Shown: positions 38,201 to 47,618, counted from the stretch's first letter. The stretch is DNA of 54,169 bases from Bacteroidales bacterium (GCA_028686735.1 JAQUBO010000002.1:1-54169), one strand, 5' to 3'. Notes: generated by a model from the letters alone, not told the origin. Numbers and translations: made by a program.

Positions 38201-39202
38201 TCGGTCTGGGTCAAGAAAAGAAGCTGAAACACCAAAAGTACAGAGAGAATTCCCTCCCGTATCACTAAAACCATCCATTGCTAAAAGATACTGCCCAGGA
38301 GGTAGGTTATTAGAATAAACTACCGTTCCTGTTCCATTTTCACAACCATAGTATGTGCCTGAGTTGTTAGGAGGATCGCTTAATGGACTTCCACCAACTC
38401 CATTACAGCTTGTCCCGTCCCAACTATAAACTGCATATTGGATTTCGATAGTTGCAGGGATGGGAATAGGTCCAGTTCCTTCATTTGCCCAACATTGCCC
38501 ATATTCAATTTCGAGTACTACTGGTTGTGGGTCGGTTGGTAAAACTTCAAAAGAGTAAAACACAACATTATCTGTTGAGTTCCAACCACAGTCTTCTGGT
38601 GCTTGTATTGTGCCAGCTGGTGCAAGTATATTGCATCCTCCAGTACCTAATTCGGGAGGATTTGCACAATCAGCCTCTGGCAAATTGTTGATTACAGATG
38701 CTGCTATAAATATTTCTTGAGCAAGATTATTTTCATCCCAAGCTCGTATAAAAATTGTTTCACCAGGAATTAATCCTGTAACATTTTCCCAACGTATTTC
38801 AGCATTTGCCATAAACCCACCAGTGCCTTCAAAACAATCTAATAATACCAAAGCAGCACAATTACCACGATATATTGCCATTGCAGGAGCTGAGGAGTTT
38901 GGAAATGGCAATATGTTACTTGAGTTAAACATGTGGAAAGACATTTCTGTAACTCCCGCAGGAACAGTATAGCTGTACCACAGATCATTAGTTGTTCCAC
39001 TAAAGTTACCGCATGTTGGTGCTGGTATTGTAGTCGATGGAGTTGCTGTTGCTAAATCAATAGATTCCATCGCCATATCCCCACAGGTGGAGTAATTTTC
39101 AACAGGAATATCTACAGCTGTATTACAATCATCCTGCGAATAAGCTGAATGAACAACTCCGATTAACCCGATTAAAAGAATGCCAAAAATTAACTTTCTC
39201 AT
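35291..39202 (-). CDS. Giant surface protein with SprB-type repeats, two PKD domains and a T9SS type B (gliding-motility-associated) C-terminal domain
   Basis: 1303 aa with a signal peptide. Repeated C.G...G.A......GG..PY.Y.WS units occur (for example ISCHDKVDGWATAVASGGTLPYDYMWS). PKD motifs are WDFGDGGFSVQKHPTHTYSQTGTYDVSL and WDFGDGNSTLW. The C-terminal motif is FTPNGDGLNDVFYV. Confidence 0.8.
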   Translation of the reverse strand: MRKLIFGILLIGLIGVVHSAYSQDDCNTAVDIPVENYSTCGDMAMESIDLATATPSTTIPAPTCGNFSGTTNDLWYSYTVPAGVTEMSFHMFNSSNILPFPNSSAPAMAIYRGNCAALVLLDCFEGTGGFMANAEIRWENVTGLIPGETIFIRAWDENNLAQEIFIAASVINNLPEADCANPPELGTGGCNILAPAGTIQAPEDCGWNSTDNVVFYSFEVLPTDPQPVVLEIEYGQCWANEGTGPIPIPATIEIQYAVYSWDGTSCNGVGGSPLSDPPNNSGTYYGCENGTGTVVYSNNLPPGQYLLAMDGFSDTGGNSLCTFGVSASFLDPDRDPDDELSVTLTTIDTGCGQAGSASITINSSCSTNPTVEWSTTQTGNNITNLTAGAYSVTVTDDAPCGDTIINFTITDNSNFAISLINIGDPCSSPITLNANVMGANPADVDFLWDNPASSTTQSISVNTSGTYSCTATYGTCPDTDDITINIGEFDFNVVYTPTVCAGATGSAMFNAIIGSGDYMYEWSTGEITAGITIPGAGNYCLTATDNLTACQDVFCFTVEEVPAVNVTIDYEDISCHDKVDGWATAVASGGTLPYDYMWSTFMPTETITQLLSGNYSVTVTDSAGCTGTASVFIENPPEFYYSITPNQGICFGEQVDINVVATGGVQPYHYDWSDLPDMNTDSRTLSPPQTTIYTVTVLDANGCTYTPQSSKVTVSQPINIDVTTVDVLCHGECTGTATLDITGGIPPFTYTWASTTDFMQNLCVGDYGVTITDMYDCVGDIEFEITEPDTIYLTTFSGNATCFGYSDGFVEVDVVGGVPFSDISGDFYNYQWSNGSTADSLATYAGMHFVTVTDANGCSHVASAFVDQPEAIYVTNAWGGTICIGEPFSTSVNATGGHGPYDFVWTGSDGSTWYGNSLNVSPDITTTYQLVTTDTEGCFGPPQNITVNVNPVITIQNTSSSPADVCIGETVMVEMEIAGGNGGPYTISRLDHGIVNMPYTFYPNETGYYVFEVRDDCGSPTDKDSIYVTVHPKPQVAFFADKTASCPPGLFTFTETTPEQGQTYLWDFGDGGFSVQKHPTHTYSQTGTYDVSLTAWSEWGCKRVRTYENMINIYPEPRADFAGNPEIVSVFNPMVEFTNYTEGGHLYFWDFGDGNSTLWTDEPQIHFYKNIGEYEIMMIAKNQYECRDTAFKHIRVHDEFTFYAPEAFTPNGDGLNDVFYVTGHGIDKTQFYFVIYDRFGVKVFETDIFDEVNPTRMAWDGTHNGSAVKGDPILPNGMYRWYCAFVDFNGKPREESGTVTLIR

Positions 39203-39461
39203 ATTATTATAGTGTGTTTTGATGCTATTAATGTAGCAAATTTAAAAAAAATACAACTAATTTATGCGAAAAAAACAAAAAAAATACTTTTTAATACATT
39301 TTTCACTCATTTCTATTGCTTTTTCACTAGATAGACTAAAATCTGCTAATTTGGTTGTCTGTTTATAGCGATTTTTTTATTATCTATAATTTATAAGTTA
39401 ATGTAAATTTAAAATATTATTAATTAATGTCCGATAATAATTTTAAGGGTTATTTTATAAA

Positions 39462-39494
39462 CAAAAAAACAGACTGCTTGATTAGGCAGTCTGT
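39462..39494 (-). terminator. Rho-independent terminator of the S46 peptidase gene
   Basis: ACAGACTGC (39469..39477) pairs with GCAGTCTGT (39486..39494). On the minus strand the hairpin is followed by a T run (the A run 39463..39469 on the plus strand). It lies about 20 nt past the stop. Confidence 0.65.
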
Positions 39495-39515
39495 TAATAA
39501 ATAAAATCTTATAAA

Positions 39516-41678
39516 TTAATTTCGGATATCCATTTCTTGAATTAGATTTTTTGCACCAGCATATTTATCAATAATAAACAATGCATATCTAACATCAAGA
39601 TTGATACATCTTTGTAAATTTTCTTCAAAATCTATATCACCTGACATTGCCTCGCTATTTCCGTCAAAAGCAAGTCCGATAAGATGACCTTCCGCATTAA
39701 TAACTGGGGAGCCAGAATTTCCACCTGTGATATCATTATCGGTAATAAAACATGTAGTCAATTCACCTTTTTTATTTGCATAAGGACCAAAATTTTTTGC
39801 ATAATACAATTCTTTAAGTTTTTTAGGTACAACAAATTCAGTGCTATTGGGATCTTCTTTTTCAATTACTCCCTTAAGTGTGGTATAATAATCATAAGCG
39901 ACTCCGTCTCGTGGGTTATATTTACCAACTTTACCATAAGTTAACCGTATAGATGAGTTTGCATCAGGATACATTAAGTTTCCATCATTCATATACATTA
40001 GTCCTCTTGTAAATAGTCTTCGACCTTTGTCCAAGCCTTTAGAACTTGACCAATACAAAGCATTAACTTCGCGATATTTATTTAAAATAGAAATACCTGC
40101 ATTCATTATCATATCCTTTTGTAAGGTTTTAGATTTAGGGTTATTCATAAACTCGTTAAAGGATGTTTCGGTAGCAAATATTGATTTATCAAAAGCTTTA
40201 TCTACAAATTTATCAAAATCTCCTTTATATTTTTTTTCTATTAATTGAAAAACATCGGGATGGTATTGTTTATCCAAATTGTTGTAAGTATATTCGAACA
40301 ACGCAGCAATAATTCTTTTTTCTGTTTCGGGATTATAATCTTTATAAAAGTCTTGTCCAGCCGCTTTAATAGCCTCTATGTTTTTTTGTATTTTGTCTTC
40401 ATCTTTTGAATCTAAAGCACTAATTAAGCCAGAGCTTTGATATGCAAAATATGGTAATTCTGTCCCAGATATAAGTCCTTCGATTAGATACATACGTGCA
40501 ATAGCATAAGGCTGACGAGTTTTATATGCGTTTTCGATTATTCCAAGCGTCTCATTATAGATTTCGGTTTTATTGTTTTTTGCCCATTTACCATATTGTT
40601 TTTCAATATCTTTTTTAACAGCCATAGTGTTTAGCTGTTTTAGAGCTTTGTTTTGCTGTTCTGAATATTTCCAGTAGTTGGAACAACGAGCATATTTTGA
40701 GGCATATTGGATTCTCACCTTTTGGCTAGATTTCATTTCTTCTCGTAAAATTTTAATCTTAACATCTCTAATTTCAAATCTTAGTTTATTGGTTATATTC
40801 ATTGTTTCTTCGAGACCGTAAGATGTTAGGTATCTGTTAGTAGTTCCTGGAAATCCCAAGATCATAGCAAAATCATTATTTTTTATTTCTTTATTACTAA
40901 CGGGTAAAAAATGTTTTGGTTTTAGAGGTACGTTATCCTCCGAATAAGTTGCAGGCGATCCATCAGGTGCAGTATAAACTCTAAACATAGAGAAGTCTGC
41001 TGTATGACGCGGCCACATCCAATTATCAGTATCACCACCAAATTTACCCATAGATGAAGGAGGAGCACCAACTAATCTAACATCTTTATGTATCACATAA
41101 ACAAAGAGAAAAAACTGATTGTTGTCAAACATATCAGTTACGTAGGCATCATATTGATTATCCTTTGTAGCTTCACTAGCAATTTCTTTAGAAAGTTTTG
41201 CAATCATGTTAGATCTATCTTCTTCTGACATATCTGCATTAAGTTCTGATAAAATATTATCTGTAACATCTTCCATTCTTACAAGTATTGATGCTGTAAT
41301 TCCTGGATTTGCTAACTCTTGGTCTTTTGACATTGCCCAAAAACCATCAGCTAAATAATCATGCTCAACGGTTGAGTGACTCTGTATCATTCCAAAACCA
41401 CAGTGATGATTGGTAAAAAACAAACCTTGGTCAGAAACTATCTCACCAGTACAGAAGTGACGAAATGGTGAGCCTTCGTTACCTAGCCCAATAATAGCAT
41501 CTTTGATACTTCCTTGATTTACACTGTAAATGTCTTCGGGCGTAAGTTTAAACCCCATCGCTTTCATTTCATCGTAATTTTTTCCTAGCATTGATAAAAG
41601 CCACATACCCTCATCTGCTCTGAGATTAAAATTAAAAAGTAGCGATAATCCTAATAAAAGTGTTAAAATTTTTTTCAT
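39516..41678 (-). CDS. S46 family dipeptidyl-peptidase, DPP7-type
   Basis: 720 aa. Signal peptide then ADEGMWL, catalytic His context FTNHHCG and catalytic Ser context TGGNSGSPV. The FDGNSE segment has Gly where, as I recall, DPP11 has the Arg that selects acidic P1. This suggests DPP7-like specificity. Confidence 0.85.
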   Translation of the reverse strand: MKKILTLLLGLSLLFNFNLRADEGMWLLSMLGKNYDEMKAMGFKLTPEDIYSVNQGSIKDAIIGLGNEGSPFRHFCTGEIVSDQGLFFTNHHCGFGMIQSHSTVEHDYLADGFWAMSKDQELANPGITASILVRMEDVTDNILSELNADMSEEDRSNMIAKLSKEIASEATKDNQYDAYVTDMFDNNQFFLFVYVIHKDVRLVGAPPSSMGKFGGDTDNWMWPRHTADFSMFRVYTAPDGSPATYSEDNVPLKPKHFLPVSNKEIKNNDFAMILGFPGTTNRYLTSYGLEETMNITNKLRFEIRDVKIKILREEMKSSQKVRIQYASKYARCSNYWKYSEQQNKALKQLNTMAVKKDIEKQYGKWAKNNKTEIYNETLGIIENAYKTRQPYAIARMYLIEGLISGTELPYFAYQSSGLISALDSKDEDKIQKNIEAIKAAGQDFYKDYNPETEKRIIAALFEYTYNNLDKQYHPDVFQLIEKKYKGDFDKFVDKAFDKSIFATETSFNEFMNNPKSKTLQKDMIMNAGISILNKYREVNALYWSSSKGLDKGRRLFTRGLMYMNDGNLMYPDANSSIRLTYGKVGKYNPRDGVAYDYYTTLKGVIEKEDPNSTEFVVPKKLKELYYAKNFGPYANKKGELTTCFITDNDITGGNSGSPVINAEGHLIGLAFDGNSEAMSGDIDFEENLQRCINLDVRYALFIIDKYAGAKNLIQEMDIRN

Positions 41679-41788
41679 TTTGTAAGTATTTATTGATATT
41701 TGCGAAACAAAAATAATTTTATTATTTTGTAAAACATAATTTATTTGTTAATAAGTACTTAAAATTTATTCTTAAACTATTTTAAACT

Positions 41789-42661
41789 ATGAAACTAAAG
41801 GAACTATATATAATTGTGTTGTTATCAATTTCGTTTGTTGTTGTATCAAATTCACAAGTCAGTGTTCCTCTAACAAACAAGGATTTAAACGATATTAGAC
41901 GCGAACGTGATTTTATTAAAACTATGAATATAAATCTCTCACAAACATGGTTATATATGGTAAAAGATAATATTATTTCGTCTAACAAATTACTGGTGTC
42001 AGAAATTGTATATAATACAGATGGATTACCCCAGAAAATATGTTTTTTTGACGAAAATAGAAAACTCAATAGCTTTACAGTTGTAAAATACAATAAACAA
42101 TTACTAGCTTTTGAGGAAATCAGATTTAGTGCCGACTCTACGCTAATTAATGGTATTATGTACGAATATGATAAAAATAACTTATTATCTAAACAAATAA
42201 ATTATAACAATAAGGCAGAAATAATTTCGATAATTATTAATAGTAGGAGTAATGATACTATTTACATTAATGATTACGACTCAAATAATAATTTGAAAGA
42301 CGCAAGCATTATTATACTTGATAATATTAGTGGTACTGACTTAATTAAGAAAACATTAAAATTGGATAAAAACAGTATGCCTGTGGAAAAACAGATTTTT
42401 GAATATGATGAGATGGCGGCACTTCACAAAAAAACAATTTTCGAAAATGGAGTTAGTACTGGATATAAACACTTTGTATATAATGAAGAGGGTGCTTTGG
42501 TAAAATCTTCATTTTATGATGCTGTATCAGAGCTTGTTAGTAGTACCTCATACGAATATGACCAATATGGAAATCTTGATAGAATTATTGAACGTGCTGA
42601 AAAAGACAATAATACTAAAGTGTTTATGATAAACTATCTGTCAAAAGTACCATCAAGATAA
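41789..42661 (+). CDS. Secreted hypothetical protein with YD/MORN-variant-like repeats
   Basis: 290 aa with a signal peptide. Degenerate repeats recur, such as MYEYDKNNLLSKQINY, IFEYDEMAALHKKTIF and SYEYDQYGNLDRIIE. Confidence 0.4.
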   Translation: MKLKELYIIVLLSISFVVVSNSQVSVPLTNKDLNDIRRERDFIKTMNINLSQTWLYMVKDNIISSNKLLVSEIVYNTDGLPQKICFFDENRKLNSFTVVKYNKQLLAFEEIRFSADSTLINGIMYEYDKNNLLSKQINYNNKAEIISIIINSRSNDTIYINDYDSNNNLKDASIIILDNISGTDLIKKTLKLDKNSMPVEKQIFEYDEMAALHKKTIFENGVSTGYKHFVYNEEGALVKSSFYDAVSELVSSTSYEYDQYGNLDRIIERAEKDNNTKVFMINYLSKVPSR

Positions 42662-42855
42662 GTAATGCTAGTTTGTAAAAAAAAAATACTATCCAATACG
42701 GTGTAAATTAAGGACTTGCAAATAGAATGTTTTTTTAATAACAAATAAGGTATAAAATTAAGCTAATTTTAAGGAAATCATTTATGAACGTAATTTATTA
42801 TTAGTATCTTGACCTCAACAAAATTTGTAGTTTAATTTTAATTAAAAACTTAATA

Positions 42856-44142
42856 ATGAGTATTTTACATCGATTTTTATTAGTCTTTTTATTTTCTATT
42901 TGTGTTTTACCACTTTTTTCGTCTGATTTACAGTCAAAACTAGAAGCTTTGCCCGGAGTTGTTTATGTTGAAGAACTAAAAACCACTGATTTTTTTAATG
43001 AAAAATTTTTAATTTTATTTGAGCAATATTTAGACCCGTCTGTTCCCGAAGCTGGTAAGTTTAGACAAAGAGTATTTCTTAGTCATAAATCTTATGATGC
43101 TCCAATGGTTTTTATTACTGAAGGATATAGTGCCGATTATGCAGAGTCGGAAAGATATGTAAATGAATTAAGTAGAATTATAGATGCTAATCAAATATGT
43201 GTTGAACATCGATATTTCTCGCAGTCTGCTCCCGCAGAGATTGATTGGTCGTATCTTACTACTAGTTTAGCAGCTGGAGACCACCATAATATTTTAGTAA
43301 ATCTAAAATCTATTTATCCAAAAAAATGGGTTAGTACAGGCATTAGCAAAGGAGGTCAAACATGTTTGTTGTATCAGATGTATTATCCAAACGATGTTGA
43401 TGCAACAGTTGCCTATGTGGCTCCAGTTGCTACGGCTTTAGAAGACGGACGACATGAACCATTTATAAATAGTATTAGCACAAGAAAAGACCAGAAAAAA
43501 ATAAACAATTTTCAAAAAGAAGTTCTTAAACGAAGGGCAACAATTTTTCCAATGTTTGAGCAATATGTCCAATTAAGTAAACTTAGTTTCAGAGTCCCAA
43601 TCGAAGAGGTTTATGATTATTGTGTTCTGGAATATTCATTTGCTTTTTGGCAATGGATAGGAAATACAGATAAAATACCTTCTAAAAAAGAAGCAGATAG
43701 TAAGATTTTTCAACATCTGATAACTGTTTCTGGACCCGATTATTTTTCAATTGAAGGCTCTGCCAGTACCAAGCCGTTTTTTTATCAGGCTGCAAAAGAA
43801 CTTGGATATTATGGGTATCAAACTAATCATTTAGAAGATTTGTTAAAAATTACTACTTCTAAAAATTATTTTCAAAAGATATTTTTAGGAAAAGATTTAA
43901 AAGTTGATTTCTATTCACAAACTTCAATAGATTTGCAAAGTTTTTTAAAAACAAAAGCAAACAACACAATTCTTATTTATGGCGAATTTGACCCATGGAC
44001 AGCTGCAGCACCAGAGGTAAGCGAAAATAATGGAGTTATTAAAATTGTTAAACCAAGTGGAACGCACGCAACACGCATAATGTCTCTACCAGAAAATGAC
44101 AAAGACATGGTGGTCCAATTACTTACCTCTTGGATGAAATAA
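42856..44142 (+). CDS. Secreted alpha/beta-hydrolase serine peptidase of the S28/S37 (PS-10-like) type
   Basis: 428 aa with a signal peptide. FRQRVFLSH...PMVFITEGY, CVEHRYFSQS.P and the nucleophile elbow GISKGGQT resemble S37/S28 peptidases as I remember those families. Confidence 0.6.
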   Translation: MSILHRFLLVFLFSICVLPLFSSDLQSKLEALPGVVYVEELKTTDFFNEKFLILFEQYLDPSVPEAGKFRQRVFLSHKSYDAPMVFITEGYSADYAESERYVNELSRIIDANQICVEHRYFSQSAPAEIDWSYLTTSLAAGDHHNILVNLKSIYPKKWVSTGISKGGQTCLLYQMYYPNDVDATVAYVAPVATALEDGRHEPFINSISTRKDQKKINNFQKEVLKRRATIFPMFEQYVQLSKLSFRVPIEEVYDYCVLEYSFAFWQWIGNTDKIPSKKEADSKIFQHLITVSGPDYFSIEGSASTKPFFYQAAKELGYYGYQTNHLEDLLKITTSKNYFQKIFLGKDLKVDFYSQTSIDLQSFLKTKANNTILIYGEFDPWTAAAPEVSENNGVIKIVKPSGTHATRIMSLPENDKDMVVQLLTSWMK

Positions 44143-44200
44143 AAATAAAACACTTATTATCTTTCACAATATATCGGTTTGCTATAAGTAACAATAAGGA

Positions 44201-45322
44201 TTAAAGATTATCGTTTATTATTTCCTCAAATATTTGTTTATCTGTATTTCCTTCAGTACTAATAAATAAGATATTAGTGTTTTTATTTATCTCTAGTTCG
44301 CTTTTAATTGTTCTAAATTCTTTTTCGTTCAAAATTGCAAGAAATCCTGCAAAGCCACCAACACCTGATTCTCCAGAGATTATTCGTTTGTCAGAACCTG
44401 TTGGGAAATATAATTCTCGAATAGCCATTTTTGCGTAATCGTCACTTACTTTTATAGAATAATCAGCTCCACTTTTTAGTAAATCCCATGCTGACATCGA
44501 AGGTGTTTCACAGTTTAAACCAGCCATAATCGTATTACTATTACCTACCGAAGTTGATAATTTGTTATTTTTAAAAGAAAAAAGTATCCCATCAGCTTGT
44601 TCGGGTTCGACAATTACAATTTTTGGTCTATTTTCCCCATATTTATTTAGATAATAATATACCCCTGCACCAGCCATACTTCCAACCCCAGCTTGTAAAA
44701 ACACTAAGTCTATTTGTGATTTATTGTTCTTATGAATATTACTTTCTAATTCTTTAAATAGAGTTAAATACCCTGCCATAATTAAAGCTGGGATTTCTGT
44801 ATATCCTTCCCATGCCATATCTTGAACTAGAGTCCAGTCATTCTCTTTGCTCATTTTTTCGGCTTGCAAACATGCTTCATCATAATTGCCATTTACACGA
44901 ATTACTTTAGCCCCTTCGTTTTCAATTGCTTTAATTCTATTTAAGCTTGTATCTTTTGGAACATAAATCACAGATTTTTTGCCAAATTTTGTTGCAGCCC
45001 ATGCTACTGCTCGTCCATGATTTCCATCTGTTGCAGTGCAAAAAATTGCCGTTTTAGGGTTTTTAGTTAGAGATTTATGAATTGCATAAGACGCTCCAAG
45101 ACCTTTAAATGCGTTTAGCCCAAATCTAAACGACTCATCTTTTACGTAAATATTTCCAACATTATGTTTTTTTGATAAATTAGGTAAACTTATTAATGGT
45201 GTGGGGTTATATTCTGACAAAGAAGAGTGAAATTCAATAGCGTTAGAATTTTCCATTATAGAAATTGTCTGATCATTCTTAATTACATTACTCGCTGAGT
45301 TTTTATAAAATTTTTTATCCAT
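44201..45322 (-). CDS. dpaL: Diaminopropionate ammonia-lyase (PLP-dependent)
   Basis: 373 aa. It is collinear with E. coli YgeX as recalled: VKDESFRFGLNAFKGLGASYAI (PLP-Lys), ATDGNHGRAVAWAA, QDMAWEGYTEIP, LQAGVGSMAG, IISGESG and ISTEGNTD. Confidence 0.85.
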   Translation of the reverse strand: MDKKFYKNSASNVIKNDQTISIMENSNAIEFHSSLSEYNPTPLISLPNLSKKHNVGNIYVKDESFRFGLNAFKGLGASYAIHKSLTKNPKTAIFCTATDGNHGRAVAWAATKFGKKSVIYVPKDTSLNRIKAIENEGAKVIRVNGNYDEACLQAEKMSKENDWTLVQDMAWEGYTEIPALIMAGYLTLFKELESNIHKNNKSQIDLVFLQAGVGSMAGAGVYYYLNKYGENRPKIVIVEPEQADGILFSFKNNKLSTSVGNSNTIMAGLNCETPSMSAWDLLKSGADYSIKVSDDYAKMAIRELYFPTGSDKRIISGESGVGGFAGFLAILNEKEFRTIKSELEINKNTNILFISTEGNTDKQIFEEIINDNL

Positions 45323-45634
45323 AATTATTCTATGTTTTCAGTTTTTAATAGTTTTCAACAACTGTATCCTCACAAAAATAACAATAATAAAAACAAAACA
45401 TTGACATTGTAGAGATTTTACAAAACATGTACATTCAATTTCATTGAAAGACGGTTTCTCCTTCAGTTATTTCTTAAGGCGTTTATGCATCATGTAAAGC
45501 TTAGAACGACATAAGATTCTTGTTTATATGCTTAATGTTTTAATATTCGTTTTTCTTTATTGTCCCGTTATTGATTATGTCATTAACTTTCTTCAATATT
45601 GTTATCGTGTTTTTTGCTGATATTATAAAAAAGA

Positions 45635-45722
45635 TGGTTTAACTTTTTTAAGCTGGTAACTTTTCAACTAATAGAGTGGTAACTTTTCAGTTAATAGAAT
45701 GGTATTTTTTCAATTAATATGT
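45635..45722. repeat. Tandem direct repeat: three 23-bp units plus one degenerate 19-bp unit
   Basis: U0 tggtttaacttttttaagc (45635..45653). U1 tggtaacttttcaactaatagag (45654..45676). U2 tggtaacttttcagttaatagaa (45677..45699). U3 tggtattttttcaattaatatgt (45700..45722). U3 overlaps the last three codons and the stop of the ATPase gene. Confidence 0.75.
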
Positions 45723-47618
45723 ACTCCTTACCAGTCGGGAGGAGTTAAGTACTACCAGCACTGAGCTTACGTGATGAAACAGGGCAGCAAGCCAAGGATC
45801 GATAATTCCGATGGTAGCAAGAACAATACCTACGGCATTGAATCCAATAGCCCAGGCATAATTTTCTTTTATGATTCTAAGGAGTTTTTTGCCTTTTTTT
45901 AGGATGGTGATTAGACTTGTTGCGTCATCGCGCATCACTATTATGTCAGAAGATTTGATTGCAAGATCCGCCTTGGTAACTCCGATGGAGATTCCCACGT
46001 CTGCGGCTGCAAGGGATACGGCATCATTAACCCCGTCGCCGACCATGATTGTAAAGCCTTTGTTTTTAAGTTCTTCTAGTCGAGCTTTTTTTTCATCGGG
46101 TGTCATTCCGCAATTGTATCCGTCTGCCTTAATTAGGCTGGCTACTCGTTTTGCTTCGGCCTCATCGTCGTCACCAGTTGCAATTTCAACCCTCTTTATT
46201 CCTAATTTGTGGAGTTCTTCACCAAGATCATTTGCATATTCTCTGAGTTCGTCTTGGATAATAATGGCTCCGGCTATTTTGCCGTCAATGGCGATCCATG
46301 TGGCTCGACCATTAAGCTCTTTCGTTGATGGTAGGGAAACCTTGAGTTGTTCCATGGTTTCAGTGGATCCGAGTTCCACTTTTCGGTTGTTTACTGTGGT
46401 GCGTATGCCAAGACCCGGGAGATATTCGGATACCTGTGCCGATAAGGGCTGAATCTTGTTTTTCGCTGCATAAGAGACGATGGCATTGGCAATCGGGTGA
46501 TTAAAGCCTGCTTCAACAGAGGCGGCAATTTGAATGAGTTCATCTTTTTCGATTTCAAAGGCTAAGACTTCTGCTACCTTAGGTTCTGCAAGAGTTACCG
46601 TGCCAGTCTTGTCAAGCATGACGTTCACAGCCTGACCAGCAATTTCAAGAGGCGTGCCACCCCGCACAAGAATTCCCCGACTGCTAAGACCACCGATGGC
46701 AGCGGCAAATGCCGTTGGAACAGATAGTGCCCAGGCACAGGGACAAGCAACAGCCGTTACCGTAGCCATGCGCATAAGACCTTCTTGAAAGTCGCCCGTG
46801 ATAAATCCAGTTACTAAGAGTACACCCAGAGCATATAAAACCACGCCGAAGATGAAGAATTGTACGATAGTGTCTGCCTTACTATGGATCGTTGGCTTAA
46901 CCTTGAGTGAGGACTCAATTTCTTTCGCCATTACTTGGAGGAATCCCTTGTTCCCTTCCTTTTCTGCCTTGACCTTTAACTGGGAGGAAACAGCTATGGA
47001 ACCTGAAGTTACAGAATCTCCAGTTTGTTTGAATATCGGGAAAGGTTCTCCTGTTATAACGGATTCGTCAATCGATGAGTTCCCTTCAACAATCTTACCA
47101 TCAACTGGGATCATCTCCCCTTTGGGAATTATGACCACATCCCCTGCAACGACCTCGTTAATAGAAAGCTCAACCATGGCTCCGTCTCTTAAAACCCTCA
47201 CAGGCTTTGTGGTTTTACTGGTGAGAGCAGATATCTTACGACTGGTTCGCTGCATGATGGTAAAGGAGATAGCAAGCCCCATGCTTATAAACCCTGCTAC
47301 AAGAGCACCACTCAAGGGTTTGTTTGCCGCAAGGGAAACCACCATGACTGTTACAACAAGGAGGTCTGCTGTGATTTTTCGCATCTTGAAAAGAGCAAGG
47401 TATAATTCCTTGAAATACATTGCAAAGCAGATAAAGTAAAAAATCAAACCCAGATATTTAACAGGAGGAAATTCTATCCATACGTCAAGGGCTAAACAGA
47501 GAACTGCAACCAGAGCAATTGCCGTTCTTATTATGAATTTTTTGGGTGACATAGCTCTTTTGTAATTTGAAACACAAAGGTAATTTAAATTATTAGAATG
47601 CGCACTTTCAAAGCTCAA
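45714..47618 (-). CDS. Heavy-metal-translocating P1B-type ATPase without N-terminal metal-binding domain
   Basis: 634 aa. TM CPC motif (VACPCAW), phosphorylation site DKTGTVT, TGEP, hinge GDGVNDA. No CxxC HMA domain is present at the N-terminus. The likely true start is Met23 (MSPKKF, ATG near 47552). The gene is visibly more GC-rich than its surroundings. Confidence 0.9.
   Translation of the reverse strand: MSFESAHSNNLNYLCVSNYKRAMSPKKFIIRTAIALVAVLCLALDVWIEFPPVKYLGLIFYFICFAMYFKELYLALFKMRKITADLLVVTVMVVSLAANKPLSGALVAGFISMGLAISFTIMQRTSRKISALTSKTTKPVRVLRDGAMVELSINEVVAGDVVIIPKGEMIPVDGKIVEGNSSIDESVITGEPFPIFKQTGDSVTSGSIAVSSQLKVKAEKEGNKGFLQVMAKEIESSLKVKPTIHSKADTIVQFFIFGVVLYALGVLLVTGFITGDFQEGLMRMATVTAVACPCAWALSVPTAFAAAIGGLSSRGILVRGGTPLEIAGQAVNVMLDKTGTVTLAEPKVAEVLAFEIEKDELIQIAASVEAGFNHPIANAIVSYAAKNKIQPLSAQVSEYLPGLGIRTTVNNRKVELGSTETMEQLKVSLPSTKELNGRATWIAIDGKIAGAIIIQDELREYANDLGEELHKLGIKRVEIATGDDDEAEAKRVASLIKADGYNCGMTPDEKKARLEELKNKGFTIMVGDGVNDAVSLAAADVGISIGVTKADLAIKSSDIIVMRDDATSLITILKKGKKLLRIIKENYAWAIGFNAVGIVLATIGIIDPWLAALFHHVSSVLVVLNSSRLVRSTY

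Noticed and set aside
45635-45722. Considered whether the 23-bp repeats could be a CRISPR array.
   Set aside because: The units are directly adjacent with no spacers, there are only 3-4 copies, no cas genes are present, and the repeats are not palindromic.
45871-46452. 193-aa plus-strand ORF antisense to the P-type ATPase.
   Set aside because: It lies entirely inside a well-supported minus-strand gene. Its low-complexity Ser/Ala/Pro-rich translation is typical of antisense frames in GC-rich DNA. It has no motif or start context.
46798-47439. 213-aa plus-strand ORF antisense to the P-type ATPase.
   Set aside because: Same reasoning as the previous entry: it is an artefact of the locally high GC content, not an independent gene.
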